This document shows, piece after piece, positions 1 through 14,000 of a DNA stretch of 64,000 bases (positions are counted from its first letter, which is position 1; every line of letters starts with the position of its first letter). This stretch comes from Antedon mediterranea (taxonomy: Eukaryota > Animalia > Echinodermata). The position numbers and the translations under genes were made by a program. The stretch is taken from positions 11,323,888 through 11,387,887 of the forward strand of contig NC_092676.1 of assembly GCF_964355755.1 (NCBI RefSeq), in the 5' to 3' direction. A model generated the notes under the pieces. That model worked only from the letters and a program-made list of their open reading frames with translations, did no database searches and was not told the origin of the DNA.

Positions 1-1888
1 AATGTAATGTAAAAAAAAAGAAATTCACGCTAGCAAACTAACATTTTGGTAGTAGATTTTTCATAATTGCTAGTTGAAAATTTCAAAACTAGCAAATGTT
101 TTGCTAGTGTAATTTTTGAAAAAATACGTACTTTTTAGCTTAGCCACGCTAGCCGCCGATCGCTATGTCAACAATGGCTAATAGGAACCAATTTGGTGAA
201 AACAATTGTTTCATTTACACACCGCCGATTTACGTCAAGGAAACGCAAATAGCACCGTGAATTATGTAATGTGGTAGTTGTTAACGATGTGCATTATAAA
301 CAGCAAGCTTTTTCCCAACACATTAAATCACGTGCATTTAGTATGTCGCTGAGTATTACATCATCAGTCACGTGATTACAGAATACGCGATTACAGAATA
401 CGCGATCAATTTAGGGATTTAACAAAATAAATATTTTGCCTACACAGTGGTCGAAGCGCGTTTTTAATAAGTTCTAGATAGTAAACACCCCATACTTAAT
501 GGACTCTACCAATTTTGTTTAAACGATGATCTCTTGGCACACACCACAAGGTCCTGTTGGGCGATGGGTTTTCTTACGTCTATTGTTTTTTCTGTGGAAT
601 AATTACACTTTTCGCATCACAACTTTAATTAATGATTTACACAGCAATGGGCAAAGGATTCAATAAGGAAGAATACATTGAATAAAAATTCACTTAAGAA
701 ATGCCGTAAGCTGTTCTCAAACTATTAATCAGCTCACTATTTAGTATATTGAGACCAACATCATGCTTCTCACGACAGGGAATTTCCTGGATAGATGAGT
801 CGCGAGCGAGAGACGGCAGACCATTGGCCGATGAGTGAGGCGGGGTAGCTTGGACGGATTAGTTAGGGCCTACAATTTCGCTCGGTGGCAATTAAATTTT
901 ATGTTTTAATTACGTCTGGATATAAAAAATACAAAACTCAGTTTTGACATCGGCAAATTAGGCCCTAAATTACAGTAGTATAATTTATTAATCAGATTAA
1001 CTTAGGCTAGCCTTCTCTGAACAGATAGATAGGCTTTTAGAGGCCTCAGTTCAGGCTTGCCCTACTTGCAGTGTGGCCAGCGATCGAAATGAAATTATGC
1101 TAAGTGGCAGCCAAAAAGTATGCTAGGTGGCAGCACAAAATTATGACAGATTATGCCAGACACAATTAAAGCCAAAATTGAACCAAAACAGTGTATTAGA
1201 GGGCGGTGTACAGGTATGGGTATTGTTTATGTACCACAAAGGTGAGAAGAAATGTTACCAGATTTTTTCGAAATTCTGCCAGATAATAGCTACATCATAG
1301 TGAATATGCTGTAGAAATGCGTTTTTCACATTATGCCAGATTATGCCAGATTTTCTAAAATTATGCCTAGCATAAATGCTAGATGGGTCACTCTTCAGTA
1401 AGTGTCTAAAATTGTGTCCCGATACTTTAGTGGGATAGAGACTGAAAATTCATCATTAAAAAATAAAAATTCTTGACTTATATCATAATCAACGTTATTG
1501 TAAATATAATTAATTACACAAACCAAAGATAATAACATTGATATTGTTAATTTTTATAAAAATGTTTCAGGCAACCCCCTAAAACCTCATATCATGTCCC
1601 AATCGTACATCTTCAATTTTATGATCGCCATATATATTTGATAACCGTTTGTTTGTTATTGTAAAAAGTTAGTTAACCATGATTTCATGCGATTTTACTA
1701 TTCAAAATACATCTCTACATACATTAAATTTCAAACTTTAAAGTTTTAAAGTTTGGAAAAAGCTTGTCCCGCAGTTCTGTGTCATATCCGTCACATAATT
1801 TAAATGTGCCGTCTACAATTTAATGAACAGCGGGAGAAAAAATTGATTGTGCGTTGTAAACATGCGAAGATATGGAAATAAAACATCA

Positions 1889-3334
1889 TCTATATTATAA
1901 GTGAGAGAGTTTGTCTGTTTGTCTGTTTGTTCGTTATACAAAATTTTGTTACTGCACATAATCTTACATATGGGGTATCAAAATGACCGCAATTGTACCG
2001 GGAATGTTCTAAGCTATATTTCAACATCATCCGCCACCTAGGATCCAAGTTAGGGACCAAAATGTGGTCAAAACCCCCACTTTCGATGTTTGTTCGTTAT
2101 AAAAATTTCTGTGTCTGCACGTAACCATACGTATGGGGTATCAAAATGATGGCAATTGTACCCGGAAGGTTTTAAACATTTAAAAAAATTCCCCCGACTC
2201 CTGGGGTTTTTGTGGAATGGGTGGGGGGGGGGGGGGGTGGTTGTGTGGTGGTTTGTGATGTCATTTTTGCTAGGGCTCGGGGTTGTAGGCTATCGAATTG
2301 TAAAATTATACTACAAAAGTTTTACAGTATTTGAATTATCCTCAGCAAGGCGTTTGGGGAAATATAGATATAGCTATACATATTTCATTCATTAAACAAT
2401 ATGACACCTATTCAATTACACATTTAGCAAAGTACTTTAACCATATCCAGCTATTTGTTGGTCTCTTGGATTGCCTCATTACAGACATCCATACCTGTGT
2501 GAACATACACATGTTGTTTACTGTTACTGTGTTCAACTACATCACCAATCCTCCAAGGAAAAAAACGTACATTGTGGGAGAGTGGGGTTGGGAGATAGGG
2601 TTTGGGAGTTTGGTTTCAGGAGAGAGTGGGGATTTTGCTTACACCAGAATTGTGGTTGGAAACTTTTAAAGTATTTAATCATCCCTGGGAAGCGGATGGG
2701 AGTTTGGGGTGGGGATGTACATCTAGGCCTATCACCATGACCGAAACTATATTTGGAATGTTTTAAACTACATTTGAAAACTGCCACTGAGGGATTATGG
2801 GTTGGGAGTGATAATAATATAAATTGTACTGGAACCGGCTTCAACAGATCACCCAGTGTATCTGGCGTGTGTTTTTTGTAGAGGGAGGAGGAGCGAAAAT
2901 ACTAGCGTAATGAAGTAGCCTATATGATTGGATTGTACTAGGAAAAGTTACTAAATTTGAACTGTCCAGGGGAGGAGTTAAGGTTTGTTGATGGTGGCTG
3001 GGGTGGTGAAAGGAGAAAGAAGGCTGGGTGCCCGCAGTATCTAAATTACAAATTTTAATTATCAGCCAATATGACACCTATTCATTTACACAATTTACAA
3101 CGTACTACAACCATTATTAGACCCATCGTAGTTATGAATACTCCTCTCAATTCGAAGCTTAGGTTGAATTGAATTTGTCCATCACTGGGAAGATTTTGTT
3201 TTTAAGAAAGAGTATGGGGTGTTGTTGAGGGGTCGATGTTGGTGAGTATAGACAGATACTGGCGTCGGGTGTTATGTACTGAGAAGGCTGTAAACTAATT
3301 TTGAAACCCGCCCTGGGGCGGGTATAATTGCTAG
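1889..3334 (+). mobile_element. Non-autonomous Helitron
   Basis: Inserted between A and T; 5' TC followed by TATATTATAA and (TGTCTGTT)n; 3' GC-rich hairpin ACCCGCCC-TG-GGGCGGGT followed by terminal CTAG at 3331-3334. Confidence 0.8.
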
Positions 3335-3719
3335 TTTTTAATAAAAGAGGAAAAAAGCTAATAAAACAAGGTTTTAGAAAAATTACAGCTGCATACCTTT
3401 ATAGAATGTCATATCCGAACGGTATAGAACTCATTAAATAATTATAATTTCTGGTTTTTTTTCAACTGGAAGTACAATTTATTCACGGTATCTAGAAGTA
3501 TGTACTCCGTCTCCGCTGTCAGACATGCCTACGAGGTGATCCTGGGCTGTCCTATGCCAAATACATCATCTCCGTCACGGTCAGCTCCGTCCCATTCCCC
3601 CATATTTCGTTGTGACAGAGATGATGGCCAGTGACGGATATGACATTTTGTTATTGCCAGGGGCTTTTTTGTTGTACATTTTGTTTTGTATATCTTTATT
3701 ATGTTTTTACACTGTATAT

Positions 3720-4676
3720 TAGACTTGCCCCAAGTCTGTATTTATTGTCTTTTTTTTATTTATTTGTTTTTATTTCGACCGCGATTTTTGTCTGAAACAG
3801 ACTTGTGAAACACGTATAGAAATCGATTTGCAAACCGCAAACATCCGATAAGAATGACGTAGGTTATCATACCGTATTTGGCTATATGGGGCGGGCGGTA
3901 TGTAAATAAGGATTTCGAATCAACCAATGATCATTTTATTTCAAAATGAAAAAGATCGAGTACCGTACGTACAGTGTGCTGAATGTACGATCGAGACTGA
4001 ACTGTTGAAATATAAAATCGTGTTGCCAAGTTGTTTTGTTTATTAATTGTTCTGGCCTAGGCCTCCTTCGTAGGCGGGTTCGTAGGGCTACTACAACTCG
4101 TACGTATGACCTTCCAAATAAAACGCCAATAAGGTACAATACCACCACCGACCGGCACACAACAGGGCTACACCACCACAGAACAGGACAGGGTCTGGGT
4201 GGGAATTAAATCAAATTTTCTCCACATAATAATGATCCATTCAATGTTTGATTTGGCGGAGAACTAGCCTATCATATCACTACGAGTTTTCATGTTCTTG
4301 GGAAAAATCTCAAATGTTTACCAGACTATTAGGCATATAAAATCATTTTTAGCCTTCAGAAACTTTCATCAATGTACCCAAGTACAGTACACATTGTCTA
4401 AACGTAACATAGCGTATGCGCATCATCGTCTTAGACGTTGAGTCTTTGAAATTCTGAAATATGAATATTAAAACGACGTACGAGTGAGTAGCCAATGGCA
4501 TGCGGCTGAAACTAGTCAACTGGATAATTTATGCACCAAGAATTCTTTGTGTCAAACCACGTGACTTATGCGTGTTTCCCCAGACGGAGTATCCAAACTC
4601 AAGTAATACACGTATGAAACGCCATATGTGCAAAAATATTAATATTTTTACAAAACTCCGTCTGGAGCCCAGACTA
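3720..4676 (+). mobile_element. AcademH-like non-autonomous element, copy 1
   Basis: TAG...CTA termini with subterminal hairpins; 9-bp TSD ACTGTATAT at 3711-3719 and 4677-4685; homologous inverted copy at 55007-55947. The superfamily call is inferred from ends and TSD length. Confidence 0.75.
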
Positions 4677-5958
4677 ACTGTATATCTATGTGACTCTGGT
4701 CAATAAACATATTCAAATCATATCTTAAAAGTCATATCCGTCACATGATTTTTTAGGTTCGTCATATCCGTCACGGTTTCATCTCCGTCACATAGATATT
4801 TTATCCTTTTAAATCCTAAAATACTGTATTTCAGTTATGAACTTTATTATGTGGTATAATTGAAATATAAACAATATTCTTCTACTATGTCAATGGTTAG
4901 TAATATTAGTTTAACAGATTTTTGTAAGACATCAGTGACAGTCATACTATTTTTGGAAAATTTTTTTTTTTTTGAAAAGTAAATGGTTTTGAACGTATAA
5001 CATCATACTAATAAATGTTAAATTAAAGCAATCATTTTTTCATTAATCGAGAAAAAAATACTGTATCGTATCAAATAATTAATAATGGAAATAATTTTAT
5101 AATTCCTAACCCATTATTTTTTCTATCTCTGTAGCCTATCCATAAATGTGACGGATATGACAGCAACATGGAACCATGTATTTAAAAATACAAATAAAAT
5201 ATGAAATATATAATAGAAGATTGCGCCAAACATACATATGCTTGCCAATAAACTTTTAAAATTAAAAAGTTTTAAAATCGATTTTTTATAAACCTAAAAT
5301 TACACACTTACTGAAGAATGACCCAGATGCCAGATTTGACCACTATGCCTACTTGCAAATGCTGTATATAAAATTAATTATGTATATAGCGCCCTCTGTC
5401 GCATTGACGGACGCTGCCATTGAAAATTATTGCGCAATAATTGGGTTGTCCATAAAAAAAGGTACGCATACTGGCCAAACCTACCCAACCCGTATAGATA
5501 CGAAACTGCATTAGCACCAGTTGGCCTACCTTAACCTTGTCCTTGCATCAGCAGGTTGTCTGCTGAGAATCAATGGAAATGAGGTTTTTACAGCACGTCT
5601 ACCTCTACCAACAATAGGAAAGCTTGCCATGCCCATTCCATGTGTTGTACCCGTACTCAAATCGTAGTAGTTTTGACAACCAAAAAAGCACGTTTTCTGC
5701 GCTCTCTCTCTCTCTCCCTCAGTCTCAATCAATCCTTCCTTACCATGTCCAAATAAAAACAAAATGCTCAGTTCCAGCTCAATCTGAAATTATAGTACTG
5801 TATGCCTAGTTCCCTAATAAATAGGTCTATTATACGTGTTTATAATGATTTCCTGGAAAACAATTTTCACAGAGTCTAAAAAATCTCAGTCGTCCAGGGC
5901 ACTTATTTAGTTTACGAATGCGCACTTAATTCATGGGATAGATGGACCGAAACAAAGA

Positions 5959-8470
5959 GGTGTCTGATCATTTCGGCCGCCAGTCATTTCGGCCGCCGGT
6001 TATGGAATTGCCAAATTCATGAACCGCCAAAAAGGACAAAATATGTATTGTTCATTTCGGCCGCCAGAATTGTAATTATTCTTGAATATGTATGACACGC
6101 CATGTGTGTTAAAATGGTATTAAGCCGAATCGGCGGTCAGAAACAGCAGCGATATTTATGGCAGGATTGCCCGCTTTTCGATACATTAAAAACAATCTCA
6201 TTTGCCGACTGATACGTAGCCCTACACCAGTTTTACTTAAAAATATATAGGCCCGGTAGCTTTTATTTTATATAGATAAAACGTCATCGTTTACATAAAA
6301 GGGGGAATGACGGATTTTGTAGTTTAGCGGCAGCGCGTGCATGGCACGCGTACAGCTCAATACGGCCGTTTCATCAGCAGCCAAAACAAAATATCGGTAA
6401 ATTTTTCAACCAATAAAGGTGCGCATGATCAGTCATTACCAAACAACCAGATGCCCAATCACATTGCAACAATTTGTCCTTCACGTCAAAGGTTAAAAAT
6501 TATCGCATTTATCCGATAATTATCTAATTTAAATGACAAAAAAAAGAATATCCGCGTATTTGATCGAACCCGCCAGTGGTGGCGCCAGCGGGGGGAAAAG
6601 GAAGCGGTTGGCCCGAACCATAAAACAGGGTCTGGTCACGTTTCTTTTCGCGCATAAATCTCGATCTAGGGTAGGTGGGTGAATGGGGTGGCTAGCCACC
6701 TCCCTCTTAATTCTAAAGGGGAAAAAAAAGATGCACCAAACCCGTGACCGTCGCTAGACGCGGATTTGACGCACTTGACTCTTTTAATTAAGTAGGCTAG
6801 AGCTATAGTTGTGTAAATAGGCCTACATAGTGAAAGAACTATTTATGAATTCAAGAGTTTAAAAAGAAAACGCAATTTAAAATCTTCGGAAAATACCCAC
6901 AACTGAGTTATTTTCAAAACACATGCACTCCCACTACCAGCATCACGTTGTCTTAGCTCGCTCCTCGTGTGAATGCTGACGTCATCACTCTCCAAAAATA
7001 CACCATTTTCCGCCCTGGTCCGTGTGCAAGCGTTAGCGTGGACCTGTATATTTACACCCCTGTACAGAGTAGAGTGTAATATCGTGAACTTTTTTCTCGC
7101 GTATGAAGGATTTTTATATAATGGTATGCAGTATAAACGATAAAAAAAACGATAAACATGATGTTCTTTTATTATTATTTCATAGGCATAAAAACATGAA
7201 ATGTCTTGTTCTATGTACACGGCCGAAAAAACGGCATTTTATTGATTTGTGTTATAGACACGGCGATTACGGCAATCATCATTGTATACGGTACTAAATT
7301 ACATTACGTTATTCACCCGGCTATAGGGTATATATCTGAGGTTAACAGACCACCAAAGCACAGTCGTACACTAAACACATGCACTATCGAGGCATTTTCG
7401 GATCAAAGTTTATTATTAGTTCGTCGAAAAAGATCCGTATTAGAGTATTTAGGAAAGATTTATTTAAATTTACATTATTATGTGACATTGTTATTAAATG
7501 TAATGGAAACAGTTGCTCTAGCCTATTAAACAGTGTGTAAGCATCTATTTTTTCAAAATTTTCTGAGGCTCGGGAGGGGGTCCTCCCAAACCCACCCCCG
7601 CTTTCGCGCGTACGGCCCCCGTGGGGGAATTCGGCCCCCCTGTCGGGGAATTCGCCCCCCCCCCCCCCCCCCGTCGGAGAAATCCTGGCGCCACCACTGG
7701 AACCCGCTTACTTGGATATTTGGACAAACAAATAAACAATGCATCGCGCGTCATCGCATGTTTATTGAAATTTAATATGAAGTGTGCAAAAAGCAAAAAA
7801 ACATTATAAAAAAAAAGATACACCTACTTGTTTAGCGCATAGTAACTGCTTAGCGTCGGATGTTTAGCCTGCCTTTGTTTTTTTAATATATTTATATATT
7901 TTATGACGAAATGCGTCCGACAATGACAAGAAAAATATGTACGGTTATCGTTAGCGGCGGTTTCAAAGATCATTGTTTAATGAGCCTTGTAAAACGCATC
8001 CTATGGCATTTTGTTTGGAATAGAAATGAAACTTCCCTTATCGCAAAGCTATCATTTTTTTAATAAGAAGGAGGTGATGCTGAAGTTGTTTTATGTGCCA
8101 GTCAAAAACACTTTTATTCGTATGTTTTACATTTATTATATTCATAAAGAAACACATTTTTACAAAGCACACGCATCTTCGGGACCTGTAAAATAACAAA
8201 AAAATAAACATTTAATCAATATTCATTTGGACCAAAATATTCAGACGGTAAAATAATATAACTTTAAATCTACGGCAAAAAAAAATGTATTTACATTGCA
8301 CAACTGATCTCTGGTTTAAATGACTATAGTTGTGGCGTTCCATAGACTTGGTAAAGTTATTTTTTTCACTGTAATACTGTACAGTTATTTCTGGCTATTT
8401 CAATTTGGCGCGCCATACTTGGCGGCCGAAATGATTATGCCATATTTTGTCCTTTTTGGAGTTTGGAGAC
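5959..8470. mobile_element. Degenerate TIR element with CATTTCGGCCGCC repeats, right end eroded
   Basis: 5969-6067 CATTTCGGCCGCC repeats and AAAAAGGACAAAATATG are mirrored at 8420-8458; no TSD found. Confidence 0.4.
6574..7699. mobile_element. hAT MITE
   Basis: 15-bp TIR CAGTGGTGGCGCCAG / CTGGCGCCACCACTG; 8-bp TSD GAACCCGC at 6566-6573 and 7700-7707. Confidence 0.85.
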
Positions 8471-10915
8471 TGCACTGTGACCAACAAAGATAGTGTAGTA
8501 GGAAGATGTTACACTTCCTATTCGATCAATGCAAATAAAAGCGAGACAACATGGAGCTAAATTTAAAGGGCGCCTCGCACGTCGAGTAGGGATACGGAAG
8601 GTTATTGTATAGGAAATAGGCTGTATAACAGAAGAATAAAATGACTGTAAAATTAAGATTTAATACGAATTAACATATAAAATGTACTGTTATCTTTATA
8701 GAAAGTGCAAATGAATCATATTTTTATGTTTTGGAATACAAATTTGTGTTTCAATTACCTGGAGTTGTTTAGGTACCTGGAATATCTACCATATTTTATT
8801 TCTTTTATTTTAATGTTTTTATTTGCAAATCAACTGAACTTTTTTAAAATTATTATTTACATTTTATTGTTTATCATTGGACAGAGATAGAGAATTTAAT
8901 ACCTAGCTTTAGAAACACTTCTTCATCAGAGTGAATACATATATTAGGGCCTATATTAGTGGTAATAATAATAGGCCTACAATGTGTATGCCTATAATAA
9001 TCGATTACGTATGGCCGGTTTATTTCTAAATGGGTAAACCCTAAAAGAACATATATAGTGAGGCATGTGTAATCAATTAATCAATATTTATTGTAATCAA
9101 TAATATTATACAAATAGTCGATCTGTCCATAGGGGGAAACATATACAATGAATACGGTACCAGCCTATTATTGGAATTTAGGACTACGAGTATGTTTTTT
9201 TACTGAAAAAAAACCAATTATTGTTAATTATCTATTAATTTTAATAATTTAATAATAACTAATTATTTTATGCTTGTAACACTCCGAACTTTCATGCATT
9301 CATCGTAATTTTATATGCCATGATTATGTAATGCCTAACAATAACATTATTGATAATATTATTTTAAGCCGATGAGTTCATTATTGGTAAGGTATATCAA
9401 GGAAAAAATATCCGTGGGGAGGCCTACTTTACCCACTTTTATTATACGATTCCAGGACGATTCGGCCCGGGACTATTCGGCCCACTTTTAGTGGGACGTT
9501 TCGGCCCAAAAGTGGGCCAAAACGTCCCACTTTGCGGGTCGAATCGTCGAAAAAACAAATGATTGTTAATTATCACGTATGTTTTCCCCTGAAATGCAGT
9601 ACTGCGCGTGCGCAACGTACGCTCTGGTGTACGCGCGACTGTGTTTTTAAAAGGACGAGGTGCGCACAACGGATGAAAACTGCTGATTTTTAAACCTACA
9701 CACGTCACTTTTAAAACGGTCATACGACTTTTATTTTAGAATAAATAAAATATTTTATCAAATAGGTCAAAAAATATCTAAAAATCAAAAAAATATTTTA
9801 TATTTATGATAGAATATTATTCTCTTAAAGATTTGCATTTTAGTGACGTCATAATTATTATTTTTATACGTTTTACTACACCAGCAATATTTTAAAAAAT
9901 AAAGTTTTTGAAGAGGTCATAGTATCTCATACATATTCATAAAGCGTTCAACGACGAAAATTACCACATGGGTTTGTTGAGCCTATTCGTGGTTTTGCCA
10001 TGTGATGGGTGGAAGTTGTGGCCATTTTCAAGGTTTACATTTTTTTTCAGCGAAAATATGCCTACGTAATGTATGCTTGACAACGTTGTATCATAGAGGT
10101 GAGTTTCTGTTGCATTTTGGAATAAATAATAAGGATATAGGCTTATTTATAGTCAACAACTATTTGAAATTGAAGCCACATGGTCGACGATATCGCCCAT
10201 GCTTGAAAATAATTTGAGTAAATAATTACATTTTATGGAGAAAAATAGTAGAAATTCATATAATATATAACATTTCTACTTTCCAAAATGTGTCAAATAA
10301 GTATTTAATGATAATTTATGCATTTCGGATCTTCTAAATTTTATTTTTTTCATTTATTTGATTTTTTAAATTAAATTGGTTTTATTACTAACCCTATTTT
10401 AAATGGTACGTTCCATGCGGCACTAACGCGCATGCGTACCTTCGGTTAAAAAGGCAACTTGGACTGTACCATTTTGTAGAAAGGTAATTTTATAAATGTA
10501 ATTTATTTTGCTTATTATTATTGTCGTTTAAAATTGTTCTTGTATTTTTTTTTTTCTAGTAGTGGACCAAATAAAATTTCTTGTATCTTCTACTACTAGT
10601 ACTACTACCCTAGTGACAACCCGTCAACCGATTCAGTTCCAAACCAATACAATCATTCACGAAAACACCACCTCAAGAGGAATATTTGTTGCCACAGACA
10701 CTTACCTTTATTTTAGTGATGTTAATAAAGAGGCTGCAGTGAGGGTTGCCTAGGTATAGTACTAGGATTTAGCAGCTATTGTCGAATTATATCTATTGTG
10801 TAAGTGGTTGAACTGCATTTATTCAGTAGTAGTAGTAGTAGTAGTACAGTACATTGTATTGTTGTGAACACATAATAAATACACAGTATTGCTTAACAAT
10901 CTCTTTTGGTTTTTG

Positions 10916-11023
10916 GGTAGCCCTGAAAAGGGCTGTTTGGTTTGAGATTGTTTGCGGTTTGTGGTAGCCCTGAAAAGGGCTGTTTGGTTTGAGGTAGCCC
11001 TGAAAAGGGCTGTTTGGTTTGAG
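10916..11023. repeat. Three ~30-bp repeats, each containing an AGCCCT-GAAA-AGGGCT hairpin, just 3' of the RAG1-like stop codon
   Basis: GGTAGCCCTGAAAAGGGCTGTTTGGTTTGA at 10916, 10963 and 10993. Confidence 0.9.
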
Positions 11024-11049
11024 TTTTTTTTGTTTTTTTGTTTTTTTTT

Positions 11050-14000
11050 TTAGGGTTTGGCTGCCAACATGGATGGCGATGTCTTCACCCAATGTTCCTT
11101 CATTGCACTGGTCAGAATACCAAGGTCATCGTTGAATCCACGGATGTTGGACTTGAGGGTGTTGAGCTGAGCGTGCATGCTCTCCCCTCCCTGCTCTCCA
11201 TGGAATCCCAATCCAAACTTCCATCTTTTTATCCAATCAGACACATGCTCTTCCAGAATGTGCATCTTGGGAGGCTCTGTTTCTTGAAAGTGTTTCCGAA
11301 AGAACTGCACATAATCTTCAATGTCTGATTCTTTAGAGACAAAAAAAAAAAAGTAATAGACAGACAGGCTAGACAGACAGGCTAGACAGACAGGCTAGAT
11401 AGACAGGCTAGATAGACAGACATGCTAGACAAACAGACAGACAGGCAGGCTAGACAGCCAGGCAAATTTAACTCAATATATTTACAAAAATATTGTTGGT
11501 GATGAAAGAAACTCATCGAAGAATTTAGTGGAGCAGCTGAAGTTGAGATTTTAGTAGAAAAATAATAAGTATTGATTTTTTTTACCAAGCTTCAATATCA
11601 TCTCCTCTGTGAAAAATGAGGCACAATTGTATTGCCTGTGGCAGATCCCAAACAAATTAAATAATCTTCCGTATTTTGTTGTGACACTGACAACATTTTC
11701 TTCAATTTCTGGACAAAGTTCTGTTGCAGTCTTGCATATCTTTGTCATTAGTGTTTTGATATTTTCAGGCTAAAAGTAAATAATTCAATGATAAAATGAA
11801 TAGTATAGTATAAAAGTCAAATGACAATGACATTAATATAATTATACAGTATAACATAAATGAAATACCTTGCAGCACTTATGGATGTGGTTACCCACAA
11901 ACGATTTGCCGTGATATGCCTGTCTGTTTACCCTGAAAGATTTTAGCACATCATCAAGTTTTGCCACCAAAGGCCCTTTTCTTACTTCAGGTAAGTCATT
12001 TGAAATATGGACTGCTTCAGCTCTCTAAAACCAATAAATAAATTGTTAAAAAATAAAATAATTCTAAGGAAAAATGCCACCTGTATAGAAATGTTTTCTA
12101 ATTGTCTGATTTAAACTTACAACTTGTGCCTCTTGTGCCTCTTGGCTTTGAATCTCGCTAATTATACTCTCAGTTGTTCCACTGGTGTCACCCAATAGCA
12201 TAAAGACACTTAAGTAATCTTTAAGTTGGTCTATTCCATTGCATATGTCTTCTGCCTTGTTTTCTAGGTCTTTGATTTGATTTGACATGGCAACGTGCTT
12301 TAAGAATGTGGGGATATTGGTAGGAGTTTCGAGACTGTTTTGAAGCAATGTACTATCAGTAGACTTTAAAATGATGTCGTCCAGTTGCTGGCAAGCTGCC
12401 TCCAGGCTGTTGAAGTGTTTCAAATATAAGCCTAGGCTTATATGTAAGCCAGGAGGACATACCTATTTAAAAAAGTGAGGGAGCAAAATAATTACCTTGT
12501 TTTATGAAATTTAAGAGTCATGTAAGCTTTTAGAAAATAATGTTTTAATACCTACATGGTCAATGGGAACTTGTATCAAAGGTCTGGCAATTACATTATT
12601 GTAGTTCTTTGCTTTTGAAATATTACCACCAGCCTCTCTGAACCTGTCCAAGTCTTTCTTCATAGTGTCCAATGTCCTTGGGAGTTGGGATTTGTGTTTT
12701 TTGGTTGCATGGCACCACAAGCAGTAATGTCGTCCTTGAAAACAAAATTTAATACACATTTGCTTTCAAATATCCATCATTTATTAATTGCTAATAATTG
12801 CAGTACTGTACCTGTAATACAAATATTGTTTGTTTACCGTTTGCACCCGTTAGGCCATATATACGAGCCAAATACTCGTAGTCACCGAATATGAAAACTT
12901 TGACTTGTTTTCCCCTATTAAGAAAAATGAAGCCAGTTAATAATTTGTCTTAATTTACACAAATATATTTGTAAAATTTTGTGCAATATTTTACTTTTAC
13001 AGATAAATGGTATATTTACCTTAATGAGGAATTTTGCAACTCTTCGAGTTGAGGCAAGATATCCTTGAGGCCAGTTCTTAAATTAAAACTGGAATCGGTG
13101 GCCTCAAAGCAATTGATGATGATTGTATTATTTTGGGCATTGGGGCGTGGTACATGGCAAAGCTGAAGCATCTGCTTGAAATTTCCACCACCCTTATCCC
13201 CTCCGATCTTTACCCACATCTCATCTGATGGGATGTGGCCATCGTGCCATGTTAGAAGATTTAATCTGTAAAAGGTATTGATATTTATTTGATTCGTTTT
13301 TTAAAATTCAGTAATTAAATTAAATCTGTTAATGAAAGCAAATAAAAAACCTACTTTTCTAGTTCATCATATTGCTGGCAGATTTTTTTGTTGAGACTTG
13401 CAACAGAAACACATGCAGTTTTTTTGATGATTGTATCCCCTGTGTCGTTGCAGGAATGTGCCATAGGAACGTATTCAGCAATGATGTTGTCGTCAATGAT
13501 GATGTTTTTTTGCTGCCTCATTTTTGCCTCGCATTCTGTGCTGACACCATATTTTTTTAGCCAGCTTTTAAAAAAAAATAAAATATTAAAAACTATGTTG
13601 AGGGTGTTCGATTCAGATACTGCAGAATGTTGATTTGTTATTTACCATTTCAGTTCTCTGTTTTTTTTCCATGTTAGGCCAAGATTGGTTTTTAAAGATA
13701 GCAAATCACCAGTTGGAAGACGTATCGGACTTTTAAATTGAGAAAACTCATCATCTCTTTGAGCTTCTGAATCGCCTCCACTTACTGCCGACCGTACATC
13801 ATCAATGAATTTACTTCTGTTGTGAACAGTTCTCCAGCCTGCATCAGATGAGCTTTTTCGTGGTATCGGCATCGCCATTGTTTTTAGTTTCTGGTTTTTA
13901 AAAAAGGTAATACATTTCTATAGTTGGTGTTATTTTTAGCAATAAAATTAAGTAAAGTTGTTATTTTTTATTAAATTTAAGTTTTTTGTAATAATTAACA

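Larger units (their letters stand above)
1385..5324. mobile_element. Non-autonomous DNA transposon with 4-bp TSD (Sola-like; superfamily uncertain)
   Basis: 21-bp TIR GGGTCACTCTTCAGTAAGTGT / ACACTTACTGAAGAATGACCC; TSD AGAT at 1381-1384 and 5325-5328; internal GTCATATCCGTCAC repeats in both orientations. Confidence 0.75.
1069..5347. mobile_element. hAT-type non-autonomous DNA transposon, outer shell of a nested cluster
   Basis: 8-bp TSD CCTACTTG at 1061-1068 and 5348-5355; imperfect termini CAGTGTGGCCA / TGACCACTATG; subterminal TTATGCCAGA/TATGCTAG repeats. Confidence 0.7.

Noticed and set aside
9560-11000. RAG2-like gene (ProtoRAG architecture)
   Set aside because: No kelch or PHD coding sequence and insufficient space
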